From Tubiluchus corallicola (lineage: Eukaryota > Animalia > Priapulida): a stretch of DNA of 64,000 bases. The stretch spans positions 79,660 through 143,659 of the forward strand of contig JAQGDQ010000554.1 in assembly GCA_030141605.1 (NCBI GenBank), written 5' to 3'. How positions within the stretch are numbered: the stretch's first letter is position 1; each line of letters begins with the position of its first letter. The notes under the pieces are model-generated. The model was not told the origin of the DNA and did not search any database. It saw nothing but the letters and a program-made list of their open reading frames with translations. Positions 28,969 to 42,584 of the stretch are shown piece after piece. The position numbers and the translations under genes are program-made.

Positions 28969-31900
28969 CAGTTACTTAAGTTGTTTTTTGGTTGTGTTAA
29001 GCGCTTTTAGGCCTACCTAAAATGTGTTAAACATAGTGCTTATAATTGCTCAATAAATAATAGTCATTTAGGCACAGAATCGTTGCCGCCTAGAAAAAGA
29101 TTGTTTTTAAAAAAATTTTCTATGTTTAGTTAAATTAATGGTAATCAATTTTGTGTATTAGTGATACAGCCTTACGGCATTATCCCTGGACTATGCCCTA
29201 AATGAAATTATTATTATTATAAAGCATTAGTTGCTCTGATAATATGCCACTGTATCTATTTATATCTATATGTAATTATTCTGTAGTTTAGCAGTGTTAT
29301 TTATAAACTGTAAACTGTTTGTGTGCTGGTTAGTATAGTAATTGTTTATACTGAGTGTTATAGCAGCTACTCAAGTTGATCCATAAATGTTGTAATGGCT
29401 TTTATACTAAAATGTGATCCTGTTTATTTTATGTGGGTGTGGTGTATGCTTGAAAATGTGATTACTTTGTAGTTTTATATTATTACCGAAACCATTGGAA
29501 GGAATAGTTTCCTGTCACAGACAATTCCGTAGAATTGTCTCGCATTGGTTGGTAGTTTTGGTTGCAATGCAAAATGTATTTTGTATTAAAGTGTCATCAT
29601 TAGAGCTATTGCTGTATTCTTAATGTAACCTCTCGTAGTTTAATAAATCTATTTAGGATTTGGTACTTTTCAGCCCCATCCTAACATCAACAAGCTATTC
29701 TTGTAGCACAAAATGTCAAACAATAGTCTTTACTTAGGTGCCTGATTGCTTGTTCGAGGCATACGTCCGTGTCTGACACAGAGACTAAGCTTCATTTCAG
29801 TCGAATTAGTTTTATGAATTATGTGCATTTCAAATGCGTACTTGTATTAGAACAAGACCAGTAATCAATAGTAGTGTCTATTTACCATGTGTATTCAGGT
29901 ATTGATGATTTCAAGTATATCCTGAGAAAGTGAATGTTATACAGCACTGCTTTTGACATCATGCTCTGAAAGTTGAGATTATTTACTAATTTTTCCTTGA
30001 CCAGATTGACCTATTGAGATTACTTCATAATTTTATCAATGAGTAGCTTTTTTCACTCGGTAGTTAGATACTTTTTTATTTCATTGTTTATTGCAAAAGC
30101 GGTCACAGTCGATTTCTGATATTAGTGTAAGATTGAAGCAAACAACTACTTGACGAAGTTTCGCATGAGTAGATTTACGGTGGAGAAAAACTTTAATCAG
30201 CTAAACAAAATGTATTCTTATAGGTAGCTATTGGCAGGATGCGTAGCCATTAGCGAGGATTTGTGTACGTTGACATACGAGTTTTGAAAAGTAAAGAGTG
30301 TATGTATGTGTGGTGTCTGTCATTCTATTGCACTTTGTATACTGGTACAATCGCAGCTGGACTGCTGGCAACTTTGAGTAATCATGTTTATGTATTTCAG
30401 TTTTCAGTGTAAGTCCTATAAATAATGTAACTGTTATTATTAATATTATGTACTGTAAATGTTATGCTAGACACTAATCTTTGAACAATGCTGTGAACAG
30501 GCTGGAATATATTAATTTGAACAAAGTACCTTTTAGTGTAAACTGAGAAAACATTGTATTGGTTTGAAAGGGAAGGTCGGACAAAACTGCCACGAAACTG
30601 ATGTTTATGTAATAAATATAACTTACAATTTTATGTGTTGCATGCAAAATTCATTATAAGAGTATCTAATTTGAAAACTTACAAATCTCAAAGACCAGAT
30701 GTGAATACTGTAACACGGTGAATTTTAATAAATCAAGGGGAATTAGTGTCGCAAAGGGCATTCTCTTACAGTATAAGGAGATTAAAATTACTAAGACTTT
30801 TCTATCTCCTAACAGAAATCATCGTATAGATTAGATTTGTGTTAGTAGATGAATTTGCAGTGTCTTTGATATATACATTTTCAATTCACCAATTTTCCTG
30901 TTCAGTCAAAAGCAAAAATTATTAGTTCACCATCTGATTACTCTACTGACTGAAACTCTAGCTGTAAATTATTTGTTTGAACATTAAAATTAAATTACTT
31001 TGCTGCTGTTATTCATATCAAGCCATTAATTATTAATAATGTTGTTTTTCAGTGCCGTCCTGTTTTGAAATTATTGTTGACCTAAATTTATGTTGTGGTT
31101 TTTTGTGTTAATTGCGCTTGATTTTCTTAGAGCAATGCTTAAATATACAATAATGAATTATACTGTTTACTAAACTGGCATTTATTTTCTTTTTGTCATC
31201 GATGTATTTATTATGCATATAAAATTGACTATTGAGTTATTTGTTACATGTCAATTTTAAATTTTATTACTTTGGTAACAAATACTAGAAAAAAAATTAT
31301 TGAAGATAAACTAGGCCATCAAATATGAAAAAATAACATAGTCATTATAAACTAGAACATTAAAAACTAAAATATGAAGAAAACAGATGAATTAAGAATA
31401 CAATAGCACAGGTGATAAGAATAGTAACAACAACAAAAAACTCCCACAAATAAGGACACAACATTTCAAACTACCACTGTAGTTCTTTTTCAGGTGAACA
31501 AAGAAAGGACGAAAAGAAAAAATCAAGGAATTACCAGAACTGCTGAACTAATTTTTTGGGGAGGGAAGATTTTATACTTCAGATCTATGTTCTTTCTGAA
31601 TGTTTGCATCCTTTTTAGTGTGATATCTTTTCTATGTGTTAATAATACAACAAAACTTAGTCCAATAGTTTTACTAATCCCTTGTGATTTTTCTCTTTTT
31701 TGTCCTTTCTTTATTCACTTGAACTAAAGAGATCATTTTAAACATTGTACCCCTTCTTATTTTGTGAATTATGATAATTTTTTTATGAATTAGGTTACAA
31801 AAATAAGAATAATTGAAACATGACTAACGATGACTATTATATGACTCATAAGAATAAAATAAGACTATTAGGAATAATTAAAATATAAACGTAGTACCCG

Positions 31901-32610
31901 TAATACAATGTAACACCCGTGAGTCTCAGTATTATGCTTGATTTATATCACCTGGAAAAACAGTACAATATAATATAATTATATTTGGCGAACCTGCTGG
32001 GGACTTAGAAAATGGTCTCTATAACCGAGGTAGTCTATAAGCATATGTGACTAATCATGTGCATGTGACTATTACATAGATGGACAAACATGTATCAAGA
32101 ATAAGTATACAAAGTGCGGATGTATCACTTGATGAAACATGCAGTACGTTTTCTGCATACTACGTAAAACAGCTGGCTGACAAGCCGCTGATCACGTGAC
32201 TCATTGTTTTTATATACAGTAGTAAACAAGATGATCTTTCAACACAACATATTAACTACTCTGCATCCTGTATACTCAACAACTTTGTTGCTGTACCAGG
32301 AATGTCCGGGTAAGTTTAACAGTAAATTAATTTGCAAACAGCAGGAAAATGCAAAGTACACACTAAAAACTTACAAATATAGTGCAGTGCCAACAATGGG
32401 GCTAGCCAAAAAGTCTGCAATACCCAATAACCAAGTTCACTGTATTCAAAGCTATTGTAGTTAAATAAAAGCTGAAAGTTTGTTCATTTTTTGAGTTCGC
32501 ATTACCCGTATGTATGCTATAAACCATGTTCGCTATAATGGTGTCATACTGTACATGTGCATTTTTCAATTAATAGGTTGATGTACTTTAATTTTATATC
32601 TCCATCTTCA

Positions 32611-33927
32611 CTAGTATGAGACTGGTAAGGCAACGCCCATTTCTTCACACACGTTTTCTATGCATTCTAACAACTGATTCATGTCTTCGGGATATATACT
32701 TCCAATGCTTCCAATCCGAAAACAGTTTTGCTTTGTAACTTTGCCTGGATAAATCACCTGACCTCGCTGACTCAGTTTAGTGTAGAACTCCTCGAAGTTG
32801 AAGTTTGGGTCATTTGGAAAGTGGTAGGATGTAATGATGTAGCCAGAGTGCGTGTCATCCAGTAGTTCACGGAATCCAAGTTCACTCATACCAGCTCGGA
32901 GTATTCGACGGTTTTTTTTATATCGTTTTGTTCGTCCTTCTATGCCTCCTTCCAACTCCAGTTCCAGCAATGCTTGCTTGAAGGCAAGCATAGAATGCGT
33001 AGGTGGTGTAAAACGAAACTGACCATTTTGCTCCAGGCCCTCATATTGTGCAACCAAATCGAATGACAAGCTCCGACTCCACCCTTTGCAAGCTAATAAT
33101 TTTTCCTTGTTGGCAATAACAAAGGAAAATCCTGGGACTCCTTCCATACACTTGTTAGCAGAACTAACCATGTACTCTATGCCAACTGCCGCTATGTCGA
33201 GAGGAACGGCTCCAAAACTGCTCATAGCATCGACAAAGTAGGAAGCTGTTGTGTATTCGTGAACAAGTTTCCCGACATCTTCTACTGGATTAATCACTCC
33301 AGTACTAGTTTCACAGTGTACAATAACCACGTTAGTGATATCTGAGTGATTCTTTAAATAATCAGCAACCTTTAATACATCGATTTTAGTAGCTTCCGAA
33401 AAACTTATCACGTTGTGCTCAAGTTCTAATGCTGCACATATATTAGCCAATCTCTTCCCATAGGCTCCGTTTTCTAACACTAAAACTTTTCCCGATTTTC
33501 TTGGAACCGTTGTAGAGAACACTGCTTCTAACATAAATGTGCCACAACCTTGCAGTGGGATTGTTGTAAACATTTCATGTGATACTCCAGCAATATCTAA
33601 AATTTGGCTACGTATAAACTTCACAGTATCTACAAAAGTGACATCCCTGGATCCGTAATCTACAAGCATTGCTTCCTTTACTGTCCTGCTAGTACTAAGT
33701 GGGCCTGGTGTAAACAAGTTCTTTTGAATGATCTTACCAGTGTCAAGATTTTCTACATGAGCTAAACTAGGCTCGTTTAAAAAGATTTGTCGCGACGTGG
33801 AGAAAGGCATGGGACCCACAGTCGCATTCAGATGTTGTCCATGCTGAAAAAATCGGAACTTTCCAGGAGGCAACAAGAAAGACTTGCACTTTGCATGCAG
33901 TCTCAGAACAATACTCCTGCAAGCCAT
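32611..33927 (-). CDS. phnW: 2-aminoethylphosphonate:pyruvate transaminase (PhnW/AEPT, PLP class V aminotransferase), intronless, 438 aa from the first ATG, with an N-terminal mitochondrial-type extension
   Basis: Motifs LFTPGPLSTSRTVKEAM, NGAYGKR, VHCETSTG, DAMSSFGA, SSANKCMEGVPG (PLP lysine), GQFRFTPPTH, IYPGK, FRIGSIG. The track ORF opens at a GTG (34011); the first ATG is at 33927. Confidence 0.93.
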   Translation of the reverse strand: MACRSIVLRLHAKCKSFLLPPGKFRFFQHGQHLNATVGPMPFSTSRQIFLNEPSLAHVENLDTGKIIQKNLFTPGPLSTSRTVKEAMLVDYGSRDVTFVDTVKFIRSQILDIAGVSHEMFTTIPLQGCGTFMLEAVFSTTVPRKSGKVLVLENGAYGKRLANICAALELEHNVISFSEATKIDVLKVADYLKNHSDITNVVIVHCETSTGVINPVEDVGKLVHEYTTASYFVDAMSSFGAVPLDIAAVGIEYMVSSANKCMEGVPGFSFVIANKEKLLACKGWSRSLSFDLVAQYEGLEQNGQFRFTPPTHSMLAFKQALLELELEGGIEGRTKRYKKNRRILRAGMSELGFRELLDDTHSGYIITSYHFPNDPNFNFEEFYTKLSQRGQVIYPGKVTKQNCFRIGSIGSIYPEDMNQLLECIENVCEEMGVALPVSY

Positions 33928-35342
33928 ATCACCTGAAGCGAAGGTTTGTGCAATAATTTTCACACGGCACTTTACAAGACTAATATTGACATTTTTATAC
34001 GGGATCTCCACATTTTCTTACGATTACTGGTCTTTCATATGCACGGCCGGTAATCGTTCTTATACTTATAGGGCGCGATTACTTTTTGTTTGACACTGAA
34101 TGGAGCTTAACGTCTTGTACAGAACAGCTAATTCTGGACAGAAGTAACAAAGTTCACACTTCATTTCGAGTGTCTAATTAAGCCAACCGGTTCCGTCTAG
34201 TTTACCAAAGCTAAGATGGAATATCTTCACCATAGACTGTAGAATCAAATGGTAGAATGCAGATTTACGGTGATTTATGGCAATTGCACGGCGCCCTCTA
34301 TACTTATCAGTAACTTGCCACCCACTCTTCATTAGGTGCAAACCACGCACTATCACTTCTCTTACTTATTTCTTTATTTGTCGCTTCTAAATTCCGTGAT
34401 GTCCATTGCAATATCGGATTCCTCTTTTGTTTAAATGAATTGAATCTTCACATACAAATAGATGCTCTGTTGTGTTAGTTTTCTTCCTCCTCATCTAAGT
34501 ATTTATATTTCTGAGTCCTTTTTAATTCTCCATTTTTAACTTGAAATTTGGTTTTAGGGTTTGTTTTTTCTTCTAATTTTTGTCATTAAATAATTCGTTT
34601 AAATCTGACTTTCAATAGTTCGAATTTTGTAAAATCTTCTACTACTTGCTGTACTGTTTCTTTAGACTCCATTCCTAAGATGACACCTACATGCGATAGC
34701 ATTTCTACTTCTAAATCTGGTCCCAATAATTGTTTTGAGGTAGTTTACTGGGTCTATGATTTTATTAACAGCAACACTGCATAATATGGATCGAAACGGA
34801 GTTCCTTATTGTACCGACTCCTTTATCTGTACTTCCGCTGTGTCACCTACAGGAGTACATGTACATACTTTCAAATGGTTGGCTTTTGCATGATATGCAA
34901 ATGTACTTGTTCAAAACGATAGTTGGACGTTTAAGTGTATGGTATGTTTAACCCACTTATCCTCTACACACTTAAGATTTGGTGGAAACCCGAGGCTGTA
35001 GTTTATGAGTGTGATACTGAACGATGGACATTTTCATTTGCAAAATAGGCTATTTTTAACAACAACAATAACAGCAACAAAAAATTGACGTGGAGTTTTA
35101 GATTCCGATACTCAGAGAAAAAAATCATCTTTAGATATAGAAATTGGCTAACTAAATATTCTTTATTGTGTACAGGAAAAAGTGTCGTACCATAAAATAA
35201 ACTAAACGTATCCATCTCTAGAACTGACCCAGTTAGAGGCCTGAACTGTACTGAATCCAATATGAATAAAGCGGATTTTGACTTCTCGACAAAAACAAAG
35301 TCATTACAAAGTCAAAGTCAAACAAAGGATAAAAAGATTTTC

Positions 35343-35531
<189 letters not shown>

Positions 35532-35830
35532 TCTTTATTCACCAACATTAAAACAATACATGTTGTACAAAGTATGTAATTGTATATTGCATGCACGGAT
35601 GGAAGCAACATATCAGTCACTCACAATTATGACTGGACTGATAGTTGGCAGTAGCGTTCTAAGACAATAACTACATAACCAAAGTACATAATGCGAAAGC
35701 CTAAACGCTCAAAGAATATAATGGTTAACATAATCAGAAATCAAGTCAAATTACAGCCCAAAAATGACTGAGTATAAATGATATTATTTTACCGTTTCGT
35801 GAAAATGAATTCCACATTTTGATGGTTTGT
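35532..35830 (-). mobile_element. LINE 3' end whose tail is the adjacent (CTAT)n microsatellite
   Basis: Minus-strand WNS motif (TGGAATTCA), AT-rich 3' UTR, AATAAAG running directly into (TCTA/TCTG)n. Confidence 0.55.
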
Positions 35831-36340
35831 CAAAATCGTGTCAGTTGGCGTGTAATGTGATTTTTTTATCGCAAATTGTTTTATCACAACTAAAATGAAA
35901 AAGTGTAAACTTATTTAATCAGTTTTGTTGGATCAGTTCGTTCAATTACACACTTAATTATTGGTGCAGGAAAAAGTACATTTTGTTAATCTTGAAAATA
36001 TTGTAACTTTTTGTTAGTCCATTTTAGTATTTGCCAATGATAAATGTAGTCTAATAAGGTATCCTAATAAAAATTAACTTAACAACAAAGTATTTGGTGC
36101 GCTGGTTAGTTTGTGTCAAAAAGCTTCAGCATTAATATTAAGTTATGCGAATTAAATTTGAGAAAATCATGTATGCTGACAAATTATCTAAATCTGGGGC
36201 TTGTAGGCTGCTTGCTCTTGTATGGCACGAAGACCAATAATCTGCAAAATTAATATTTACAAAGATTGTGCGCTGTTTTTATAGGGAAAACTATTTAAGA
36301 AGAATGTTCAGCAGAAAGAGTGTACTCATCTCGTAGTAGT

Positions 36341-36575
36341 AGTGTAGTCTAGTGGTAAGGCATCCGCTTGCCGTCTGTGAGGTCGTGAGTTCGATACTGC
36401 GGCCGGTCATACCAAAGACTTTACAAATGGTACCTGGCGCGCCGAATTTAAAGTAAAAGCGGGTGCAATAATGTTTCTGTTAGGTAGGTGTAGATTTGTT
36501 ATTTACAGTCGTCCAAAATCTCTTTGAGCTCATGTTGCTTGTAATCCAACAACCGAGTTTAAATATTATTATTAC
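36341..36575 (+). mobile_element. tRNA-derived SINE
   Basis: A-box TAGTCTAGTGG, B-box GTTCGATAC, followed by GGTCATACCAAAGACTTTACAAATGGTAC (a core I recall from widespread invertebrate SINEs, possibly MetaSINE; unverified), (TAT)n tail, inserted in a (TAG)n tract. Confidence 0.8.
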
Positions 36576-36664
36576 TAAAGTAGTAGTAGTAGTAGTAGCA
36601 GTAATTCATAAGTTTTGTGCCTACTGTCCCGTCTAGTTCCACATAGCATATATTATCTTCGTTC

Positions 36665-37260
36665 TATAGTTTGCAGATGACACCTGTGTAATAATTGTCT
36701 CACAAGTGTGTTGAAACTTTATATAAAATTGTCAAAGAGACGATTAATTTGTCTAACTGAAATGTTGGCTAAACATAGTACCCAATGGTACTATGTACTT
36801 AATTTGTCTAACTGAAATGTTGGCTAAACATAGTACCCAATGGACGTGTCGTAGAACAAGTTGTTAAAACAAAGTTTCTTGGAGTAATAGTAGATGAATC
36901 ATGAACATATACATGTAGATTATATTTGTTCTAAATCTCTGAACATAAGCAGCTTAACATTTTAAAAGTTAATGATATTCTATGAACGACAGTTGCCTGT
37001 TTTATTCACAAACGTTTTAATGCTTCTTAACATTTCGCTAGCTTATTTGCAAGCAACAACACACTTTATATGTAAAAACACTAGGCAGTTCAATAATTAT
37101 CATATTCCGAAAGTAAAAATTGACCTTACGAAACATTTATCAGGGTTATCAGGATTTTATTTTATGGCAAAACTTGCCATGTAATGTCAAAGATGAGTTT
37201 TAAAAAGAGAAGATGAAAATTATACTATAATATTTTTATAATGTTGAATAACATATATCA
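36665..37260 (+). pseudogene. Decayed CR1/L2 LINE RT fragment
   Basis: FADDT (ttgcagatgacac), FLGVIVDE, WQNLP remnants. Confidence 0.6.
36744..36843. repeat. Exact 45-bp tandem duplication (period 55)
   Basis: TTAATTTGTCTAACTGAAATGTTGGCTAAACATAGTACCCAATGG at 36744 and 36799. Confidence 0.95.
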
Positions 37261-38494
37261 TGCATTTTTTCATTATTGGAACATTTTTTATTTTAGTAAA
37301 TTTGGTCTTATAAGTCTGGTGACGTCGTGACCAGTCATAATTATTTAATTTGTATGATGAAGATGATGTATTTTGTTGATCAGAAGCGTATTTTCATTTC
37401 AAATTTTTATTATTTACTGGCGCCTTCATTTTCGTTTTTATTTATTTATTTATTCTTATTTACATATATATTGTTACCGCGCCATTTATATGCATTGAAA
37501 TGAAAAAATGAATGCCGGCATGCATTACTGAATGTAAATGAATTATTGAATTACCTAGTTACGCAAAAGGTCAGTGACGCAGAGCAGAAATATTGGAAAA
37601 TTATAAGTTGTTTGAATACAACTTTTTAGCGTTTGGTCGTCTAACCTGTCACACGAGAAAAGTATGTTAACATAGTAGTATGCTAACTTTAGGTGTCTGT
37701 GCTGCACGATGTATAGAGGATGCTTATTAACCATTAAAGTAAATGAAAATATAAATTGGTACCGATTGTGGTGTTATTTACCTGAAAAAGGGATTCGGCT
37801 TAGCACGGCAAACATTTTTTCTACGAATAATAACAGCATTTTATGATAAATCAAATATGGGAAAACGCTGTCGCAGCTGGAATCAACAACTGTTGCTTGG
37901 GTACATACTTACTCTCTTGGCTTCAAAGTGCATATACTCAATTAGATAACTTCCATTCTTGCGAGGTACCTATACTACTTTGTTATTCGGTGTTACAATC
38001 GGGAATCAACAAAAAAGAATAACGTACAGGTTTTAAAGAAAAAATTCGGTACAAAAATCTTTGCTAATAGTGAAATATGTGGCGTTTATTGATTATTATT
38101 TGTTTATTTATTAATAACATTTATAAAATATACGGAATTTTATAAAAGATAAAACTGTATAAGCTCTTACGCCATCATATGTTGTGAAGTGGCAATTATG
38201 GTTAGGTCAAATAGTCTACTCATGTGCAACACACAGCGATAAGAATCGCAAAATAAAGCCGAACCCTTTCAATACAATACAGTCAATGTCTTGAACTTGA
38301 TAGAGGTATCAAACTGGTGTGCTTGTACTCTAAGAGAGGCCTCGCAAAAGATTTATATATATGTGAGAAGTGAGAATCACGCGTCGGCTACGATTGCTCT
38401 ACAGGGCTTTTATCCATAGTTAAACGTTACCATTCATCTCATGTTAGAGAAGCTCGAAAATAAAAACGCACAGTAAACAGAAAATTCTTCTGAA

Positions 38495-39490
38495 ATGATC
38501 CGGACAAACTTAACGACAAGAAAATTCGTTTTACCGACATTCATAACTTGTGTTGTGTTTTTGTTACGCTGTTACGAAATTTTCCAAAAATCCATTGTCA
38601 TCAAAACTTCTAACATAACAGAATGTTTAGTTGGTGACAAAATCTTTAAGTACACGTTGCCCTTCGGTTTTAAATGCGGGAGTGAAACATTACTCATAAT
38701 AATAGTGGAGTCGCATGTGGAAGATTTCGATGGTCGCGAGGTGGTCAGGACAACATGGGGTGGTTTTCTGAAGCAAAGGAAAGATGTGGAACTGTTGTTC
38801 ATCGTCGGTCAGGCTAAAAGTGCCAAACGATCAAAAACGAACGTAGAAATTGAAATGTTAAAATTTGGTGATTTAGTAGTGACTAACATCGAGGAAAATT
38901 ATCGTAGCTTGGTGCTAAAAAGCATCTTGATGCTACATGTTGTCTCTAAACAATGTCAAGAAGCTATGTTCTTAATGAAGTGTGATGCTGACGTTTATGT
39001 CAATTCTGACGTTTTGATAAACCATGTTTCAAAACTGCAACGCAACACAATTTCTGGGTATGTCCTGAAAGGGGCAATTCCTAAAAGAAACATATTTAAA
39101 CGCGGATTTGTGTCGAAAAGAGAATGGCCAAAGAAGTTATTTCCCACATACGCCATTGGAGCCGGGTATATCATCAGTATGGATTTGGTGTCATCGTTAT
39201 ACGATGCTTCCCGGCATAGGATACCTGTCCCAGCCGAGGACGTTTACGTTACAGGAATTCTCCCAACTCGAATATGGCCGGAAAGTTATCCAACCTTCGT
39301 TCCGGCAAATAATTTGATTGTTACTCAAATTTTTACTGTTCGTAACATTAGTGTAAAAGATACAATGATTGTCCATTGCTCCGGCAGAAGTAGTTTACTC
39401 GAAGAATTTTGGCTCAAGGGCAATACGCTTATCATGAATAAGGTGTTAGAAGAGAAATATAGACTTTATTATACACAGCAAGAGCATTAA
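38495..39490 (+). CDS. Beta-1,3-galactosyltransferase-like glycosyltransferase (GT31, Galactosyl_T), intronless type II membrane protein
   Basis: N-terminal hydrophobic anchor; R..VRTTWG, LFIVG, EENYRSLVLKS, MKCDADVYVN (DxD), FPTYAIGAGYIIS, EDVYVTG motifs. Confidence 0.92.
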   Translation: MIRTNLTTRKFVLPTFITCVVFLLRCYEIFQKSIVIKTSNITECLVGDKIFKYTLPFGFKCGSETLLIIIVESHVEDFDGREVVRTTWGGFLKQRKDVELLFIVGQAKSAKRSKTNVEIEMLKFGDLVVTNIEENYRSLVLKSILMLHVVSKQCQEAMFLMKCDADVYVNSDVLINHVSKLQRNTISGYVLKGAIPKRNIFKRGFVSKREWPKKLFPTYAIGAGYIISMDLVSSLYDASRHRIPVPAEDVYVTGILPTRIWPESYPTFVPANNLIVTQIFTVRNISVKDTMIVHCSGRSSLLEEFWLKGNTLIMNKVLEEKYRLYYTQQEH

Positions 39491-40970
39491 CTGTGGTTCA
39501 GTGATTTTTAATTAGTCACATTCGAGTAAAGATATAATTTTTTGCAATGTAAGTTAAAAATTACTTTAAATCAATTGGTATTTCTTCTGGAATGGCGGAA
39601 CGTTACTTTGAGGGGAAGTTAGCCTTTTTTCTCACTCTCACCGCACAGGACTGGTATCTAGATGACATTAGAGAATCAGTAAGACCATGGACAATTTTCA
39701 GAAGAGCAACAAGATGCGAAAATTCTGAATGTTTCGGCGTCTAAATGCGTTTTGGCACGTGTTAAGTGAAGATTTTATTCAGCTAAAAACTCGAAACCAT
39801 TGAATGTTGGTGTCAAATAGATTATCAGTGCAAATTGCTCAAGACATTGTGGTGGTGCACGATAAACTTTCTATTTTCAAAAAAAGGTGAGACTTGAAAG
39901 TATCAGCTAGCGTGACAGAAATGCAATTTTAGTTTACTGTATACTCGTGTGATTATGCTGTTGACTTGTTTTAATTGATTTAATGAAAATATTTATATAT
40001 TATTGTTGCAGTACAAAGAACCTAAGTGTACGTGCAGACACGTATGTTTAATTTGCGCTAACAGTGTAGTAAATGGTTTCGCCATTAGCTTCAAGCAATA
40101 TTGTTAACACCCTTAATGCTTCTAGACAAGTCCCGTTTCGTTAAACTTTAAACTTTGTTTGAATTCTTTCAAAGTTCCATTAATTTTTGTCTGTTTCAGT
40201 CCCTTTTACATCATTTCATATGTTTTTATATGTTTTGTAACGTACACTGTGTACCATTTTCACGTACAACCTATTATCTTAATTTGTGAATGCAGTCATC
40301 TGCAGATATACTTATTTAATCACATGTTACCGCTAATTGTAACTGCTAAATTCACTATCGGCTGTTTGTATGCGTGACTTCTATACACTGAGGCTGAGCT
40401 CTTGAATTGACGCTGAGACTTTAATCTTGAGTAATTCGTAACCCATAAACAAGCTTACACAAAATGACCGCTAGCGAATAAGAATTAAAGTTGCTTGTAA
40501 ATATAACGCAGAGTTGGTCAAGCAGTTGGTCAACGTGTTTGAACGTCACCTGTGTTTGACCCAAGCACGTAGATTAGGCGCTGCTGTAGTTAATTTTTTC
40601 ATTAAGCTCTAAGGTCTTCTCAGACCTCTGTTAGATTTTCATAAATAATAATAATTTATTGGATATTTAAAATGCATTGACATTAAAAAGCAGAAGTGCA
40701 TTTTACATACATGAACAAACAGTACGTGCATAATTGACTATTATAGACAGAGCTAAATTTGAAATTCCTGTGTATAAAAATCACTAGAAATCAGCCGAAA
40801 AGCCAGTACTTTAAGTCAGTATTAAATTTTTATTTAATTAAAAAGACTTTTTTTGTAAAAATAAGTTTTAAGAAAGGATTTGAACTTTTGTCAATATTAG
40901 TCATTTTATGTGCACGAATTGGCCAATTGTTCCAAAATTTTGGTGCTGCTATGCAAAAACTATTAGATCC

Positions 40971-41142
40971 ATACGTGACTAGATTATAACACGATACAAC
41001 AAGTGTCGATGAACTAATTGATCTAAAATTAGCTAAATTACGTCCTTTACATAAATACTATGATATTTATACGTGACTAGATTATAACACGGTACAACAA
41101 TTGTCGGCGAACTCATTGACCTAGGATTAGTTAGATTACGTC
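40971..41142. repeat. Imperfect ~74-bp direct repeat (period 98)
   Basis: ATACGTGACTAGATTATAACACG.TACAACAA.TGTCG..GAACT.ATTGA at 40971 and 41069. Confidence 0.9.
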
Positions 41143-41229
41143 TGGACAGGCAACAAGATTTATGGGATAAAATTTATTTACCAAAAAATAAAAAGACAAG
41201 TTTCTGCACCTAAGCTGACCTAAATTATA

Positions 41230-41380
41230 TATTAGAAGGAATTAAAGTTCTTGATGAATGTGATGGCAGAGACATTCATTTGTGTTGCAAAAAATTTGGA
41301 CAGCCTTCCAAAATGTCCCTCAGAAGAGATCACCATGTGTTATGTAGTTCACAGACTATCGAAACTAGAAAACAAGTGAA
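41230..41380 (+). pseudogene. Non-LTR retrotransposon ORF1-like remnant
   Basis: CVAKNLDSLPKCPSEEITMCYVVHRLSKLE resembles the ORF1 motif of invertebrate LINEs. Confidence 0.5.
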
Positions 41381-42584
41381 TTCGTCTTTAGAGGTGCACA
41401 TCGCTTCCCATCATGGCCTTGCCCTACAGAAATTATGAATTTGGATTAAATAATGTCTTCATTATCCTATTGAGTTTTGATAGGCTGGTGATCAATTTAG
41501 ACTCAAATTCTTCAGATAAAATTAAATGCCAACACCAACTTGCTTAAAGTAGTGTTGGTATTTCTTTTTAATGACAATTTTTAAAAAAGCTTATACATTC
41601 TTAATGTCTCACTAAACGATTAAAAAGTTTGGAAATGCTGTTGTAAATAACCGGGTTTATTGGCTTTTGGATAATACGGTTATTAGGCATGACTACCATT
41701 ATGTCACTGGCAAATGAGAGATTATAATTCCAAAACGTAATGAAATTAACAAAATGTGTTGAACATGCATAGGTTACAACATAAATGCATATACTTACAA
41801 AACTACAGCTTAACAATACATTGCCCCCTCCCCAAACGGAACGTAATGTGTGATTAATGCAAAATTAGTTTATATGAATATCTCTATATTTTTAACTAAT
41901 TTCCATGTTGTCTTTTTATGTTTTGTATGAAAAACTTCTTTGATGGATAATTTCGTAAACAGTTTGATTGTGTTAATAATTGCAAATTGGGTTCATTGAT
42001 TTTCTGTCAACACTGTTCAGCATGAGCTTTGGATAGACGACTTTCTACTGATTTATGCTTACAGATCCGTATGCCAAGTTGTCCGGATGTTTGGCCAATG
42101 TATGTCATGCAACAATTGTCGCATTTGAACAGATAAACTACGCCAGCTTTACCCAAAAAACCTTTCAAAGTAATTCGGCATAATTATAAATTTTTGGTGT
42201 TAACAAACACTGGCTTTAGACTAATATCTCTAGAACTTGTGCAAGTTTCAACATATTTTGTCAATTTTATCTTTAGTCATTGCGTTTTACCGCCAGTAGA
42301 GTTAGTCAAGTAAGTCTGTGAAGTTTGGTAGCAAACGTAATTTATTCAAGGTCAGCATATTTCTGCAATTTTCTCAAATTCGTTACATTTGCAATCACAA
42401 ACTAAAGTAGCTATTTCTCAGTTCTTTTTAACATGCAAGCATAATTAAGTAAGGAGCAAGTGGGAAGTGGTGATGACAAGCCACTGGCATAGTAGAGTCT
42501 ATTTTTTACTGGATTACTGCTGTGTTTTCCTTTCTTGAGGACAGACTTCTTTTATTTTAGAATTCTGTCTTCAGTAGACGTAAT

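Noticed and set aside
32611-33927. Bacterial contamination as the source of phnW
   Set aside because: No operon neighbours or Shine-Dalgarno context; flanked by host-type AT-rich DNA and repeats; carries a eukaryotic-type leader
33928-34011. GTG-initiated N-terminal extension of PhnW in the ORF track
   Set aside because: Eukaryotic context; the first ATG (33927) has good context and begins the targeting-like peptide
36341-36410. tRNA gene
   Set aside because: A and B boxes are present but no acceptor stem closes and it continues into a SINE body and tail
36744-41142. CRISPR-like direct repeats
   Set aside because: Only two copies each, no spacer series, eukaryotic context; simple local duplications
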